Of a DNA stretch of 32,000 nucleotides, positions 1-8,806 are shown in pieces. Origin of the DNA: Cereibacter sphaeroides 2.4.1. GTDB taxonomy: Bacteria; Pseudomonadota; Alphaproteobacteria; Rhodobacterales; Rhodobacteraceae. Position 1 is the stretch's first letter; every line of letters begins with the position of its first letter. The notes under the pieces were generated by a model. It saw only the letters and a program-made list of their open reading frames with translations. It made no database searches and had not been told where the DNA came from. Location: the NCBI RefSeq assembly GCF_000012905.2, contig NC_007493.2:1500001-1532000 (forward strand), given 5' to 3'. The position numbers and the translations under genes were made by a program.

Positions 1-700
1 TAGCGCACCCGGCGCGGGCCGTGCTCGTCGCGGATCTCGCGCTCGGCCCAGTCGCGGTGCTGCGCGGCGAAGGGCTGGACCGCTTCGGCGAGGCCCCGGC
101 TCCGCCCGCCCTCCTCGGCCGCCACGATCCGGCGCAGGGCCGCGCGCCCCGTCGCCGTGATCTCGTAGGTGGCGATCCGGCCCGGCTTGCGGCAGGCGAT
201 CCAGTCCTTCAGCGCGAAGGCCTGCGCGACGGCACGGTCGACCACCGCCATCCGGGCCGTGCCCCCGTCGGGCAGGGTGCGCAGGACCGCGGCCTTTTCC
301 ATGTCCGGGGCCACGGCGAGCAGGGTCTGCGGCTCGGCCAGCCGCCTGAGGATGCGGCGCGCCTCGCGCGCGATGGTGGTCTCGTCGAGCGAGGCCGGCC
401 GGAGGGAGGAAGAGGCGTCGGGGCGGATCGGGGCCGTCATTTCGGATCTGTCCTTTCTGGCTGGGATGGGTCCGCGCCCCTGAGACCGTCCGAAGGCTGC
501 CAGCGCCTCGTCCACCAGAGGATCGTCGCGTCGGCTCTCGCAGCGGCGCACATGGCGCATCACCGTCGAGGCATGGCACCCCTCGCGGCGGGCCAGCGCC
601 CGGAGCGAAAGACCTTCCTCCGTGTGATCGAGGTAGAGCCGAACGGCCTCGGGAAGCCAGGCAGGAAAGGTCGAGGACAAGCTCAGGTCGGTGTGCATCA
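1..700 (-). CDS. Conserved hypothetical protein with an N-terminal helix-turn-helix-like region (3' end runs off the window; possibly the DUF6456-type Rhodobacterales family, name from memory only)
   Basis: Not in the ORF track because there is no stop inside the window. Hand translation of the minus strand from ATG 700 (or 697) is open to position 1: MMHTDLSLSSTFPAWLPEAVRLYLDHTEEGLSLRALARREGCHASTVMRHVRRCESRRDDPLVDEAL...TAPIRPDASS...AVVDRAVAQAFALKDWIACRKPGRIATYEITATGRAALRRI. The GLSLRALARREGCHASTVMRHVRR stretch looks like an HTH. The overlapping + ORF 21..815 is Arg/Gly/Pro-rich noise. Confidence 0.55.
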
Positions 701-742
701 TTCCATCCCGTGGCCCCCGCGAGAGGGCGTTGTCCGGCGTTG

Positions 743-758
743 GACGTTTGCAACCGTC
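743..758. promoter_or_regulatory. Near-perfect 16-bp palindrome GACGTTTGCAACCGTC in the divergent promoter region; candidate operator
   Basis: 7 of 8 positions pair. It lies about 45 bp upstream of the ATG at 700 and next to the only AT-rich tract (768-835), which carries the direct repeats GTTAATAA (780-787) and GTTGATAA (798-805). Confidence 0.3.
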
Positions 759-915
759 AGGGGCATTGGTTACCTGTTCGTTAATAACTGCGGCGTTGTT
801 GATAATTCTTTCTAATTCCTAAACATTCGAGAAACCTCCGCGCGGTGGGCGGCGCGCGCGCGCAACGCAGGGTTGCAGGCGGTCACTCTGTTTCGCCACG
901 ACAGAGGAGACAGCG

Positions 916-1293
916 ATGACCGACATGCATGGCCTTCTGGCCGAGATCCGACGCCCGCGGCTGCTCATGAGGGCGGCCCGGCTGGGGCTGGCCTGCTACC
1001 GGCGCGAGCGGGATCTGCGCCGCCTCGTGCCGGACCCGGAACCGGACCGGGCCATGGCCACTCTGCTCGCGGAGGAGCGCGACCTCGAGAGGCGGCGGCA
1101 GGCGGGAGAGGCCACCTACTCGGTCACGCATCATGTGGAAGTGCTGATCGCCCTCATCGCGGAGGCGCGTCTGGCACCTCCGGCAGGCTGTCTCTCCTCG
1201 CGCAGCGCAGGTGGCGCGGGCCTTCGTGCGGAGACTGCGCCGGCTCCGGCAGATGCCGACACCGGAGGATCAGGGGCGGCGCCTCTGTCCTGA
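916..1293 (+). CDS. Small conserved hypothetical protein (125 aa; possibly DUF6477-type, name from memory only)
   Basis: ATG 916 is preceded by GAGGAGA (904-910). The N-terminal 90 aa look protein-like (MTDMHGLLAEIRRPRLLMRAARLGLACYRRERDLRRLV...THHVEVLIALIAEARL). The C-terminal tail is low complexity, so the true stop and length are less certain. Confidence 0.5.
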   Translation: MTDMHGLLAEIRRPRLLMRAARLGLACYRRERDLRRLVPDPEPDRAMATLLAEERDLERRRQAGEATYSVTHHVEVLIALIAEARLAPPAGCLSSRSAGGAGLRAETAPAPADADTGGSGAAPLS

Positions 1294-1429
1294 CAGACGA
1301 GCGCGCCGCGGGGACCGCTCGCGCTGCTTCCTTCCGAAGACGGCAAGGCCGCACCGTTTCCACGCGGCGGCACCATGGCAAAGGGCGCGGCCCTGTCGGA
1401 CCGCGCCCCTCGGCAGGCTGATGAGGCCT

Positions 1430-2971
1430 TCAGATGAAGGCGTCGGGCATCGAGTCCTTCTTGCGGGCGACATAGTCCGCCAGCGCCTCGGCCACGCCCT
1501 CGTCGAGCGCAGGCTGCTGGTAATCGCCCAGAAGCTTCTTCACCCGGGCGCTCGCGAGCGTCTCGGTGTCGCGCGCGCCCTCTTCTTCCCAGGTCTCGAA
1601 GGGCTTGTAGTCGAACAGGTCCGAGCGCCAGAAGGCCGATTTGAAGTTCGCCTGCGTATGGGCGCAGCCGAGGTAGTGGCCGCCGGGGCCGACCTCGCGG
1701 ATCGCATCCATCCCCTGCCCGTTCTCGTCGACCGAAACACCCTGCGCCAGATGGTGCAGCGTGCCGAGCTGGTCGGCATCCATCACGAACTTCTCGTAGG
1801 AGGAGACGAGACCGCCTTCCAGCCAGCCGCAGGCGTGCAGCATGAAGTTCACGCCCGAGAGCAGCGCCATGTTCAGCGAGTTGGCGGTCTCGTAGGCGGC
1901 CTGCGCATCGGGCAGCTTCGAGCCGCAGAACGACCCGCCCGAGCGGTAGGGCAGCCCCAGACGACGGGCCAGCTGACCCGCGCCGTAGGTGATGTGCGAG
2001 GCCTCGGGCGTGCCGAAGGTGGGCGCGCCGGAGTTCATGTCGATCGAGGTCACGAAGGCACCGAAGATCACCGGCGCGCCGGGACGGATCAGCTGGCTGT
2101 AGGCCACGCCCGCCAGCACCTCGGCCAGCACCTGCGTCAGCGTCCCCGCCACCGTCACCGGCGCCATGGCGCCGCCCACGATGAAGGGCGAGACGATGGC
2201 CGCCTGATTGGCGGCGGCATAGACCTCGAGCGCGCCCATCATCGTCGCATCGAAGGTGAGCGGCGAGTTGATGTTCACGAGCGAGGTCATCACCGTGTTC
2301 CGGTCGACGAAGTCGGCGCCGAAGAGGAGCTTCGCCATTTCAACCGAATCCTCGGCCCGCGACGGTTCGGTGACCGAGCCCATGAAGGGCTTGTCGCTGA
2401 GCGTCATGTGGGCGTGGAGCATGTCGAGGTGGCGCTTGTTCACCGGCACGTCGGTCGGCTCGCAGACCGTGCCGCCCGAGTGGTGCAGCCATTTCGACAT
2501 GTAGCCGAGCTTCACGAAGTTGCGGAAGTCCTGCATCGTGGCATAGCGGCGTCCGCCCTCGCGGTCGCGCACGAAGGGCGGCCCGTAGACCGGCGCCAGC
2601 ACGAGGTTCTTTCCGCCGATCTCGACGTTGCGCTCGGGGTTGCGGGCATGTTGCGTGAAGCTCGAGGGCGCCGTGGCGCAGAGCTTGCGGGCGAGCCCGC
2701 GCGGGATATGCACCCGCTCGCCGCGCACGTCGGCTCCCGCGTCCCGCCAGCGTTGCAGGGCGGCCGGGTTCTCGAGGAAGTTGACGCCGATCTCTTCGAG
2801 GACCGTCTCGGCGTTCCATTCGATGATCTGGAGCGCTTCCTCGTTCAGGATCTCGAAGTTCGGGATGTTGCGGGTGATGAACTTCGCCGTGTCCATCCGG
2901 ACCGCCGTGCGTTCCGCCCGCCGCGCCGAGCCGCCGCCGCCCCGCGCCCTGCGTGCCGTGACCTCGTTCAT
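1430..2971 (-). CDS. Trimethylamine methyltransferase (MttB) family protein, non-pyrrolysine type (513 aa)
   Basis: Full-length uninterrupted ORF with no internal TAG. It has the Arg/Gly-rich N-terminus typical of the family, then IPNFEILNEEALQIIEWNAETVLEEIGV, GGTVCEP and SPFIVGGAMAPVT-type blocks I recognise from COG5598/MttB proteins. RBS GGAGGA lies upstream of the ATG. Confidence 0.88.
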   Translation of the reverse strand: MNEVTARRARGGGGSARRAERTAVRMDTAKFITRNIPNFEILNEEALQIIEWNAETVLEEIGVNFLENPAALQRWRDAGADVRGERVHIPRGLARKLCATAPSSFTQHARNPERNVEIGGKNLVLAPVYGPPFVRDREGGRRYATMQDFRNFVKLGYMSKWLHHSGGTVCEPTDVPVNKRHLDMLHAHMTLSDKPFMGSVTEPSRAEDSVEMAKLLFGADFVDRNTVMTSLVNINSPLTFDATMMGALEVYAAANQAAIVSPFIVGGAMAPVTVAGTLTQVLAEVLAGVAYSQLIRPGAPVIFGAFVTSIDMNSGAPTFGTPEASHITYGAGQLARRLGLPYRSGGSFCGSKLPDAQAAYETANSLNMALLSGVNFMLHACGWLEGGLVSSYEKFVMDADQLGTLHHLAQGVSVDENGQGMDAIREVGPGGHYLGCAHTQANFKSAFWRSDLFDYKPFETWEEEGARDTETLASARVKKLLGDYQQPALDEGVAEALADYVARKKDSMPDAFI

Positions 2972-3086
2972 CGCTCATCCTCCAAAGCCGGCTGTCGTCT
3001 GCCGCCCTTATGGCGTGTTTCGATGAAGGTCCCGTCACCGTTTCCGGCGCTTGCCGACAGAAAACGACATGCGCCGGAGTTGGCTC

Positions 3087-3698
3087 TCAGCGGGCCTGCG
3101 CCCGCGCCCAGCCCACCGCCTCGCCGAGCGCCTGCGTGACCGCCGTGTCGAAGGCCACCACCACGTCGCCCGTGCTGTCCGAGGCGGCCGGCGCCTGGGT
3201 CTCGATGCGCCGCGTCGAGGCGACCGAGCGGTCGGATTCGCGGATCAGCGTCAGCACCATCGAGATGCGCACGATGGGCGCCTGACCCGGCGGCACCTCG
3301 GCCTGGAACTCGCGCAGCTCGGTCATGAGCGTGTAATCGGGCACGAGGCCCGCCGCCTCGCGCGCGACGAGCCGGAAGCCGCCGCCGTTCTGCAGGGACC
3401 CCACCAGCAGCGTCTGCACGAGCGCGGGCGCCGGATCGGACCAGCGCGCATCGGGCAGATAGAGCGCCTGCACCCGCGACGGCTTGATGAGGATGCGGTC
3501 GGTGGCGAGCGCCCCGCCGGCGGTGGCCGCCTCCACCACGATATGGCGCGAGCCGCCGCCGCCCGTGCCCGGAAGCGGCGACAGCGTGTAGGTGTCGAGC
3601 TGCTCGGAGGCGCGCGACAGCGACGAGACGGCGCCGCAGCCCGAGAGCGCGAGGGCCGCGAGAAGGAGCGTCAATCGGGTCAGGGCTCGCATCGTCAT
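3087..3698 (-). CDS. ABC-type transport auxiliary lipoprotein (DUF330/PqiC-like) of the Mla/MCE cluster (203 aa)
   Basis: Lipoprotein signal peptide with lipobox LLLAALALSGC. The start overlaps the stop of the upstream MCE gene by 4 nt. The position after MlaD is typical of this family. Confidence 0.75.
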   Translation of the reverse strand: MTMRALTRLTLLLAALALSGCGAVSSLSRASEQLDTYTLSPLPGTGGGGSRHIVVEAATAGGALATDRILIKPSRVQALYLPDARWSDPAPALVQTLLVGSLQNGGGFRLVAREAAGLVPDYTLMTELREFQAEVPPGQAPIVRISMVLTLIRESDRSVASTRRIETQAPAASDSTGDVVVAFDTAVTQALGEAVGWARAQAR

Positions 3699-4660
3699 CT
3701 CCTGTAGGACGGGGTCTGGCTGCCGAGGAAGAAGCGCGCCGGATCGCGCGAGATCTGCGCGATCAGCGAGTTGAGGTTCGTGACCGTGCGCCGGGTCTCG
3801 GCCGCGAGCGTCGCATATTGCGGCAGGCCGTTGTCGGCGAAGTTGCGGATGCCCGCGACCGACCGCTCGATGCCCGACACCGCGCTTCGGATCTGGGCGA
3901 TCATCGGCGGCACGTCCCGGTCGACAACGCGGTTCACCGCCTCGAACGTGTCACGGGCCGAGGCCGCCGCGCCCTTGCCCTCTTCGAGCGCGGTCTCGAG
4001 GCTGGCCAGCGCCACATCGGCCCGGTCCGCCATCGCATCGAGCCGCGCGGTGAAATCGTTCAGCCGCGAGGTGGCTTCGGCCGCATCGCGGGTGATGGCC
4101 GCGATGTTCTGCACCGAGGCATCGGCGTTCGTCAGGATGCTCTCGACCGCGGCGCGGTTCTCGGGGCCGGTGAAGGTCTGGATATCCTTCAGGAGCGCGA
4201 TCGCCTCGGCGAGCAGCGTCGGCGCGTCCGCCGTCAGCGCCTGAACGGCCGATCGCTCGGAGGGGATCACCGGGGGCCACTGGTCCCCCTCGGCCGTCAG
4301 CGGCTCGGGCGCGGCGCCGCCCGAGAGCGAGACGTAGGAGACGCCCGTCACGCCCTGAGAGGCGACCTGCGCCTTGGTATCGGTCCGCACCGGCGTGGTG
4401 GCGGCCAGCTGGATCCGCACCCGGACGAGCGAGGGATCCTCGGCATCGACCGCGATGTTCAGCACCTCGCCCACATCCACGCCGTTGTAGCGCACGGGGC
4501 TGGCCCGGCCGAGGCCCTCGACGCTGGTGAACAGGATGTCATATTCCGCATAGGTCCGGTCGAGCTGGACCTTGGCGAGCCAGAGCAGGAAGCCGAGCGT
4601 GGCGAGGATGCTCGCCAGGGTGAAGATCCCGATCAGCACATAGCGGGCGCGCGTCTCCAT
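3695..4660 (-). CDS. MlaD/MCE-family substrate-binding protein (321 aa)
   Basis: Single N-terminal TM helix (YVLIGIFTLASILATLGFLLWL) followed by an MCE-like beta domain (YDILFTSVEGLGRASPVRYNGVDVGEV) and a long helical C-terminus. It is operonic with the ATPase and permease. Confidence 0.85.
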   Translation of the reverse strand: METRARYVLIGIFTLASILATLGFLLWLAKVQLDRTYAEYDILFTSVEGLGRASPVRYNGVDVGEVLNIAVDAEDPSLVRVRIQLAATTPVRTDTKAQVASQGVTGVSYVSLSGGAAPEPLTAEGDQWPPVIPSERSAVQALTADAPTLLAEAIALLKDIQTFTGPENRAAVESILTNADASVQNIAAITRDAAEATSRLNDFTARLDAMADRADVALASLETALEEGKGAAASARDTFEAVNRVVDRDVPPMIAQIRSAVSGIERSVAGIRNFADNGLPQYATLAAETRRTVTNLNSLIAQISRDPARFFLGSQTPSYRR

Positions 4661-4663
4661 GGG

Positions 4664-5437
4664 TCAGCCCTCCGCCGCCACAAGCGCCGCATGGGCGCGC
4701 GGACCGTGGAAATACTCGCGGACCCACGGGTGATCCACCTCCATCAGCTCGCGGATGGTTCCCGTCACCAGAACTTTCCTTTCGGCCAGGACCGCGATGC
4801 GGTCGCAGGTTGCATGGAGCGTATCGAGATCGTGCGTCACGAGGAACACGGTCAGCCCCAGTGATGTCTGCAGGTTGCGGATCAGCGCGTCGAACTCGGA
4901 GGCGCCGATCGGGTCGAGACCCGCCGTCGGCTCGTCGAGGAACACGATGTCCGGGTCGAGCGCAAGCGCCCGCGCAAGCCCTGCCCGCTTGCGCATCCCC
5001 CCCGAGAGCTCGGACGGATAGAGGCTGCGCGCCTTGGGCGGCAGGCCCACCATGGCGATCTTGAGATCGGCCAGCGCCGTGCGCGTCTCGGGATCGAGGC
5101 CCGTGCGTTCGCGCATCGGGGCCTCGACATTCTCGCGCACCGTGAGCGAGGAGAAGAGCGCCCCGTCCTGGAACATCACGCCCCAGCGGTTCTCGACCTT
5201 GGCCATCTCGGCCTTCGATGCCGTGCGCACATCGGTGCCGAAGACCTTCACGCTGCCCGCCCGCGGCGCCTGAAGCCCGACGATGGAGCGCAGGAGCACC
5301 GACTTGCCGGTGCCGGATCCGCCGACGATCCCCAGCACCTCGCCGCGGTAGATGTCGAGATCCAGATCCTCGTGGATCACGTTCGGCCCGAACTGGTTCT
5401 TCAGCCCCCGGACCTCGATCAGAACCTCTTTCTGCAT
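4664..5437 (-). CDS. ABC transporter ATP-binding protein, MlaF-like (257 aa)
   Basis: Walker A GGSGTGKS, signature LSGGMRKR, Walker B IVFLDEP. The start was chosen at ATG 5437 (MQKEVLIEVRGL), which overlaps the permease stop as ATGA. The track ORF 4664..6862 is an in-frame upstream read-through. Confidence 0.9.
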   Translation of the reverse strand: MQKEVLIEVRGLKNQFGPNVIHEDLDLDIYRGEVLGIVGGSGTGKSVLLRSIVGLQAPRAGSVKVFGTDVRTASKAEMAKVENRWGVMFQDGALFSSLTVRENVEAPMRERTGLDPETRTALADLKIAMVGLPPKARSLYPSELSGGMRKRAGLARALALDPDIVFLDEPTAGLDPIGASEFDALIRNLQTSLGLTVFLVTHDLDTLHATCDRIAVLAERKVLVTGTIRELMEVDHPWVREYFHGPRAHAALVAAEG

Positions 5438-6537
5438 CAGAGCCCCCAGACCGCGAAGAAGATCGAGAAGAGCGCATCGACGACGATGACCAGGAAGATG
5501 GCCTGAACGACCGAGCGCGACGTGTGGCTGCCGAGCGATTCGGCATTGCCCGAGACCTGCATTCCCTGATGGCAGCCGATGACAGCGATGATGACGGCGA
5601 AGAAGGGCGCCTTGACCAGCCCGATGATCGCATGGCTGACATCGGTATCGGCCAGAAGCTGGGTGCGGAACATGCCCGGCGTGATGCCGAGGTCGATCCA
5701 GGCCATCAGCCCCCCGCCCACGAGGCCCGCCAGAGAGGCGATGAACCCGAGCGCGGGCAGCAGGATGACTAGCGCGATCAGCCGCGGCAGCACCAGCCGG
5801 TCGATCGGATCGAGGCCCAGAACGCGCATCGCGTCGATCTCCTCGCGCATCTTCATCGAGCCGATGGCCGCGGTGAAGGCCGAGGCGGAGCGTCCGGCCA
5901 CGATGATCGCGGTCAGCAGGATGCCCAGTTCGCGCAGGATCGAGATGGCCACGAGATCGACCACATAGACTTCCGCTCCGAAGGACTTGAGCTGCGTCGA
6001 GCCCTGGAAGGCCAAGACGATGCCGATCAGGAACCCCATGAGCGAGACGATGGGCACCGCGTTCCAGCCCGCCTCCTGCATGTGATGGACGAGCGGCGTC
6101 AGCTTGAGACGCGTCGGATGCAGGACGAGTGCGCCGAGATGGGTCACCACCTCGCCGAAGAATCCAACGGAGGTCAGGCTTCCGCGCAGGCCCTGCGCCA
6201 CCTCCTGACCGAGGTTGGCGAGCCCGTCGTCCGGCCGCCCCGGGATCGTGCGCCGCCGCCGCTCGGGCTCGGGCATGGCCGCCGCGACCGTCTCGAGGAG
6301 ATGGCGGTGGGACTCGCTCAGATTGACGATCTCGAGCGCCTGCCCCGCCGCCTCGGCGCGCTTCTGGGCCTGCAGGAGCGCCCAGGCCCCCGCCGTGTCG
6401 AGCGCCTCCACCGCGGCCATGTCGATCTGCTCCCCGGCCCCGACCGAGCCGAGGCTGCGCTGCGTCTCGGGAAGCGTCTCGATGGTCAGTCGTCCGCGCA
6501 GGGGCACGGAAGACGGGGTCGGTCGATCTGAAACCAA
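5437..6537 (-). CDS. MlaE-family ABC permease with an N-terminal STAS-like extension (about 366 aa; start uncertain)
   Basis: The C-terminal 260 aa are typical MlaE (GWNAVPIVSLMGFLIGIVLAFQG...REEIDAMRVLGLDP...). The N-terminal part (RLTIETLPE...VEALDTAGAWALL) looks like a STAS/anti-sigma-antagonist-like domain. Sequence upstream of about 6537 in this frame is Arg-rich noise, so I placed the start at TTG 6537. ATG 6840 from the track is unlikely. Confidence 0.75.
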   Translation of the reverse strand: MVSDRPTPSSVPLRGRLTIETLPETQRSLGSVGAGEQIDMAAVEALDTAGAWALLQAQKRAEAAGQALEIVNLSESHRHLLETVAAAMPEPERRRRTIPGRPDDGLANLGQEVAQGLRGSLTSVGFFGEVVTHLGALVLHPTRLKLTPLVHHMQEAGWNAVPIVSLMGFLIGIVLAFQGSTQLKSFGAEVYVVDLVAISILRELGILLTAIIVAGRSASAFTAAIGSMKMREEIDAMRVLGLDPIDRLVLPRLIALVILLPALGFIASLAGLVGGGLMAWIDLGITPGMFRTQLLADTDVSHAIIGLVKAPFFAVIIAVIGCHQGMQVSGNAESLGSHTSRSVVQAIFLVIVVDALFSIFFAVWGL

Positions 6538-7027
6538 TGCCTGCAGCCCTGTTCCGCCGCGCCCTCGACATGCGCGAACCGGACGATCGCCCCGCCCGCG
6601 CGATGGAACGCCACGCCTTTCGTTCCTGTTCCATGGCCGGATCGCGGTCCGGCCCCTGCTCTCGTCCCGCCGCATTCCGGCCGCCGCAACCGGCGCGCTT
6701 CTTCTCATGGAGGGCGGGTGGCGCAATTCTCCCGACGTGGCCCCGACATGCAAGCCTTTCCCGGATCCGCCCCCCCGAAGCGGGCGCGGCCGCGCCCTTT
6801 CCGCAACGCGTGGGATGGCCCTGGCGAAGGGGGCCCGCATCGTGCGGCGGACGAGGAGCCACGGCCGCGGTCCGCGCCCCTCCGCGGTGTCCGGACGCGC
6901 GACAGGTTGCTGTCAGCTTCGCCCTGTAGCCCGGCGCTCATGGACGCCGGAGAGGCCGCGGGAAGGGCCCCGGATCCGGGCGTCCCCTCCTCAGGCCCTC
7001 CCGGGCCCTGCACAGAAAGGTATCGAC

Positions 7028-7282
7028 ATGCGCAAGATCCTGCTCCTCGCCCCCGCCCTGATGATCGCCGCCCCGGCGTTCGCCGCCGACATCTGCACCG
7101 CCCATCCCAAGGACCAGTGGATGAGCAAGGACCAGATCACCACGCTCGCCACCGGCAAGGGCTATGAGGTCAAGGGCGTCAAGGAAGAGGACGGCTGCTG
7201 GGAAGTGAAGGGCATGAAGGACGGTGCCCGGGTCGAGGCCTACTTCGATCCGGTCAGCGGCGACCTCGTGAAGACGAAGTGA
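7028..7282 (+). CDS. PepSY domain-containing periplasmic protein (84 aa)
   Basis: Signal peptide MRKILLLAPALMIAAPAFA, then a Y-E-V-K...CWEV-G...G..VE.Y.DP.SG pattern typical of small PepSY proteins. RBS AGAAAGG lies upstream. It sits 4 nt upstream of a cytochrome b gene, a common pairing. Confidence 0.72.
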   Translation: MRKILLLAPALMIAAPAFAADICTAHPKDQWMSKDQITTLATGKGYEVKGVKEEDGCWEVKGMKDGARVEAYFDPVSGDLVKTK

Positions 7283-7286
7283 TCCG

Positions 7287-7925
7287 ATGCGGACGGGCAC
7301 CGACCCTCTCGGCCCCCGCGCCGCTGGGGTGAGGGTCTGGGACCCGGCGGTGCGGCTCTTCCACTGGTCGCTTGCCGGGGCCATCGCCTGGGAAATGCTG
7401 GCGGAAGCGGGCACGGACATCCACGAGGTCGTGGGCTATCTGGTCCTCGTCCTCGTAACCTTCCGCATCGGCTGGGGGTTCGTGGGCCCCCGTCATGCGC
7501 GCTTCGCGGATTTCGTGGTCCGCCCGGCGCGGGTTCTGGCCTATCTCAAGGACATCCTCGGGGGTCATCCCCGCCGCTACCTCGGGCACAATCCCGCGGG
7601 CGGCGCCATGGTGCTGGCGCTCCTCGCGGCGGCCACCGCCACGGGCCTCTCGGGCTGGGCCATGACGACCGACGCGCTCTGGGGCGTCGAGTGGATCGAG
7701 GAGCTGCACGAGACGCTGGCCAACGGCACCCTCCTTCTCGTGGCGCTGCATGTGGGCGGGGTGATGCTGGCCGGCTTCCAGCACCGCGAGAACCTCGTCC
7801 GGTCCATGGTCACCGGGCGCAAGTCTCCGAAGAGACAAGGCCCCCGGCTCCGGCATCCCGCCGGGGCCGGGACCATCGAGCCTCCAGCAGGATCGGCTCC
7901 GGGCCGATCCCATCGGGACGGCTGA
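7287..7925 (+). CDS. Cytochrome b561 / Ni-Fe-hydrogenase b-type cytochrome family membrane protein (212 aa)
   Basis: VWDPAVRLFHWSLA, GHNPAGGAMV and several His-containing TM helices (LHETLANGTLLLVALHVGGV) match the PF01292-type four-helix di-haem cytochrome b. Confidence 0.8.
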   Translation: MRTGTDPLGPRAAGVRVWDPAVRLFHWSLAGAIAWEMLAEAGTDIHEVVGYLVLVLVTFRIGWGFVGPRHARFADFVVRPARVLAYLKDILGGHPRRYLGHNPAGGAMVLALLAAATATGLSGWAMTTDALWGVEWIEELHETLANGTLLLVALHVGGVMLAGFQHRENLVRSMVTGRKSPKRQGPRLRHPAGAGTIEPPAGSAPGRSHRDG

Positions 7926-8241
7926 TCGTCCGCGCGTCCCCTCCTCCGGGGTTGGCCCGCCGCGGTTCCGTCCAGTCCTTGCCGTGCCGGGGCCGCAGGC
8001 TCGACCCCAGAGCACGCCGAGCGCCACTCCTCGGGAAGCGCCCCGTCCAAGCTCATCGCCATGCGCCGGCCGACCGTCGCCCGCGCGGCGACGTCTCTGC
8101 CATACCTGTCGTAGCGCACGACACGGCAGTCTCAGGCCCGCTCCGACTTTGAGGGAGCGAGGCGGAGGCCGGATCGCGGTTCGGTCGCCTCCCCCACAGG
8201 CGTCCCCGCTCGGCATCCTTCGGGGCAGATCCGATTTCAGA

Positions 8242-8286
8242 GGCTGAAAATGCAAGATCCGCGGCCGTTGGGCCGCGGATCTTGCA
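8242..8286 (-). terminator. Rho-independent terminator downstream of tRNA-Val
   Basis: Perfect 16-bp stem TGCAAGATCCGCGGCC / GGCCGCGGATCTTGCA (8251-8266 / 8271-8286) with a 4-nt loop, followed on the minus strand by TTTTCAGCC. Confidence 0.85.
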
Positions 8287-8294
8287 GGGTATAA

Positions 8295-8369
8295 TGGTGG
8301 GCGATAACGGATTTGAACCGCTGACATCTTCGATGTGAACGAAGCGCTCTACCGCTGAGCTAATCGCCC
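8295..8369 (-). tRNA. tRNA-Val (anticodon CAC), 75 nt with encoded CCA
   Basis: Minus strand reads GGGCGATTAGCTCAGCGGTAGAGCGCTTCGTTCACATCGAAGATGTCAGCGGTTCAAATCCGTTATCGCCCACCA. It folds by hand into a cloverleaf with a 7-bp acceptor stem, a GCTC/GAGC D stem, a CTTCG/CGAAG anticodon stem, the loop TTCACAT and a GGTTCAAATCC T arm. Confidence 0.92.
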
Positions 8370-8379
8370 GATGGCGCGG

Positions 8380-8408
8380 GTATTACCGTCACTTTCCGGC
8401 CTCCGCAA
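8380..8408 (-). promoter_or_regulatory. Candidate sigma-70 promoter of tRNA-Val (TTGCGG-17 nt-TAATAC) with an upstream A-tract
   Basis: Minus strand reads CTTGCGGAGGCCGGAAAGTGACGGTAATACCCGCGCCATC followed by the tRNA 5' end, so the -10 lies about 10 nt before the mature 5' end. AAAAAGAAT sits about 14 nt upstream of the -35, in an UP-element-like position. Confidence 0.5.
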
Positions 8409-8770
8409 GAGGCTCCGGCGATTCTTTTTGCGCCCGTCGAAGACCTGTCTGGTCCGCGGTTTCCCCAGTACCGTTCTGCCGGAGGACGGGCTGGAACCAG
8501 ACGCCCGACTTTTGTCTTCTTCGCCATCCGCGGCCGACGCGACCGTAGCCTTGGCCTGCCCATGACGGCGCACCAAGCCCGTCAGGACCAGCCTCCAAAC
8601 TCCGACCAGACGCAAGGTCTGTCGGCGGTGGCCGGCGCCAGCACGAGACACCGGGCGCGACCCGTTGGCTGCCAGGTCTCAAGGGGAACAGGGGACAGCC
8701 TTAGCCAAGCATCAAGGAAAGGGGCCGTGGCCATAGTCGTATCCTCAAGGGCTAAGGCCATTGCTGGGTC

Positions 8771-8806
8771 GGCAAAGAAAAGGGGCGCGGCTTTCGCCGC
8801 GCCCCT
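8771..8806 (-). terminator. Rho-independent terminator of lon
   Basis: 11-bp stem AGGGGCGCGGC / GCCGCGCCCCT (8781-8791 / 8796-8806) with loop TTTC, followed on the minus strand by TTTCTTTGCC. It lies 18 nt after the lon stop. Confidence 0.85.

Noticed and set aside
6782-6797. Perfect 16-bp palindrome GGGCGCGGCCGCGCCC followed by TTTCC, in the 490-bp divergent spacer between the MlaE-like and PepSY genes
   Set aside because: No gene on either strand ends here, the T-tract is only 3 nt, and GC-rich palindromes of this kind are frequent in such genomes. There is no supporting ORF or promoter.
7926-8241. About 315-bp non-coding stretch abutting the 3' side of tRNA-Val, examined as a possible integration scar or integrase remnant
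   Set aside because: I found no direct repeat of the tRNA 3' end. None of the six frames shows integrase, transposase or other recognisable motifs.
8396-8430. Hairpin CCGGCCTC..GAGGCTCCGG followed by TTTTT on the plus strand, resembling a terminator
   Set aside because: No plus-strand gene is upstream. On the minus strand the same bases supply the -35 (TTGCGG) and an A-rich UP-like element of the tRNA-Val promoter, which explains them better.
8582-8761. 59-aa minus-strand ORF (MALALEDTTMATAPFLDAWLRL...) in the lon/tRNA spacer, just under the track size cut-off
   Set aside because: Third-position GC is low, rare codons (TTA, CTA, AGG) are used, there is no RBS, and the composition is Trp-rich and odd. 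It is probably non-coding.
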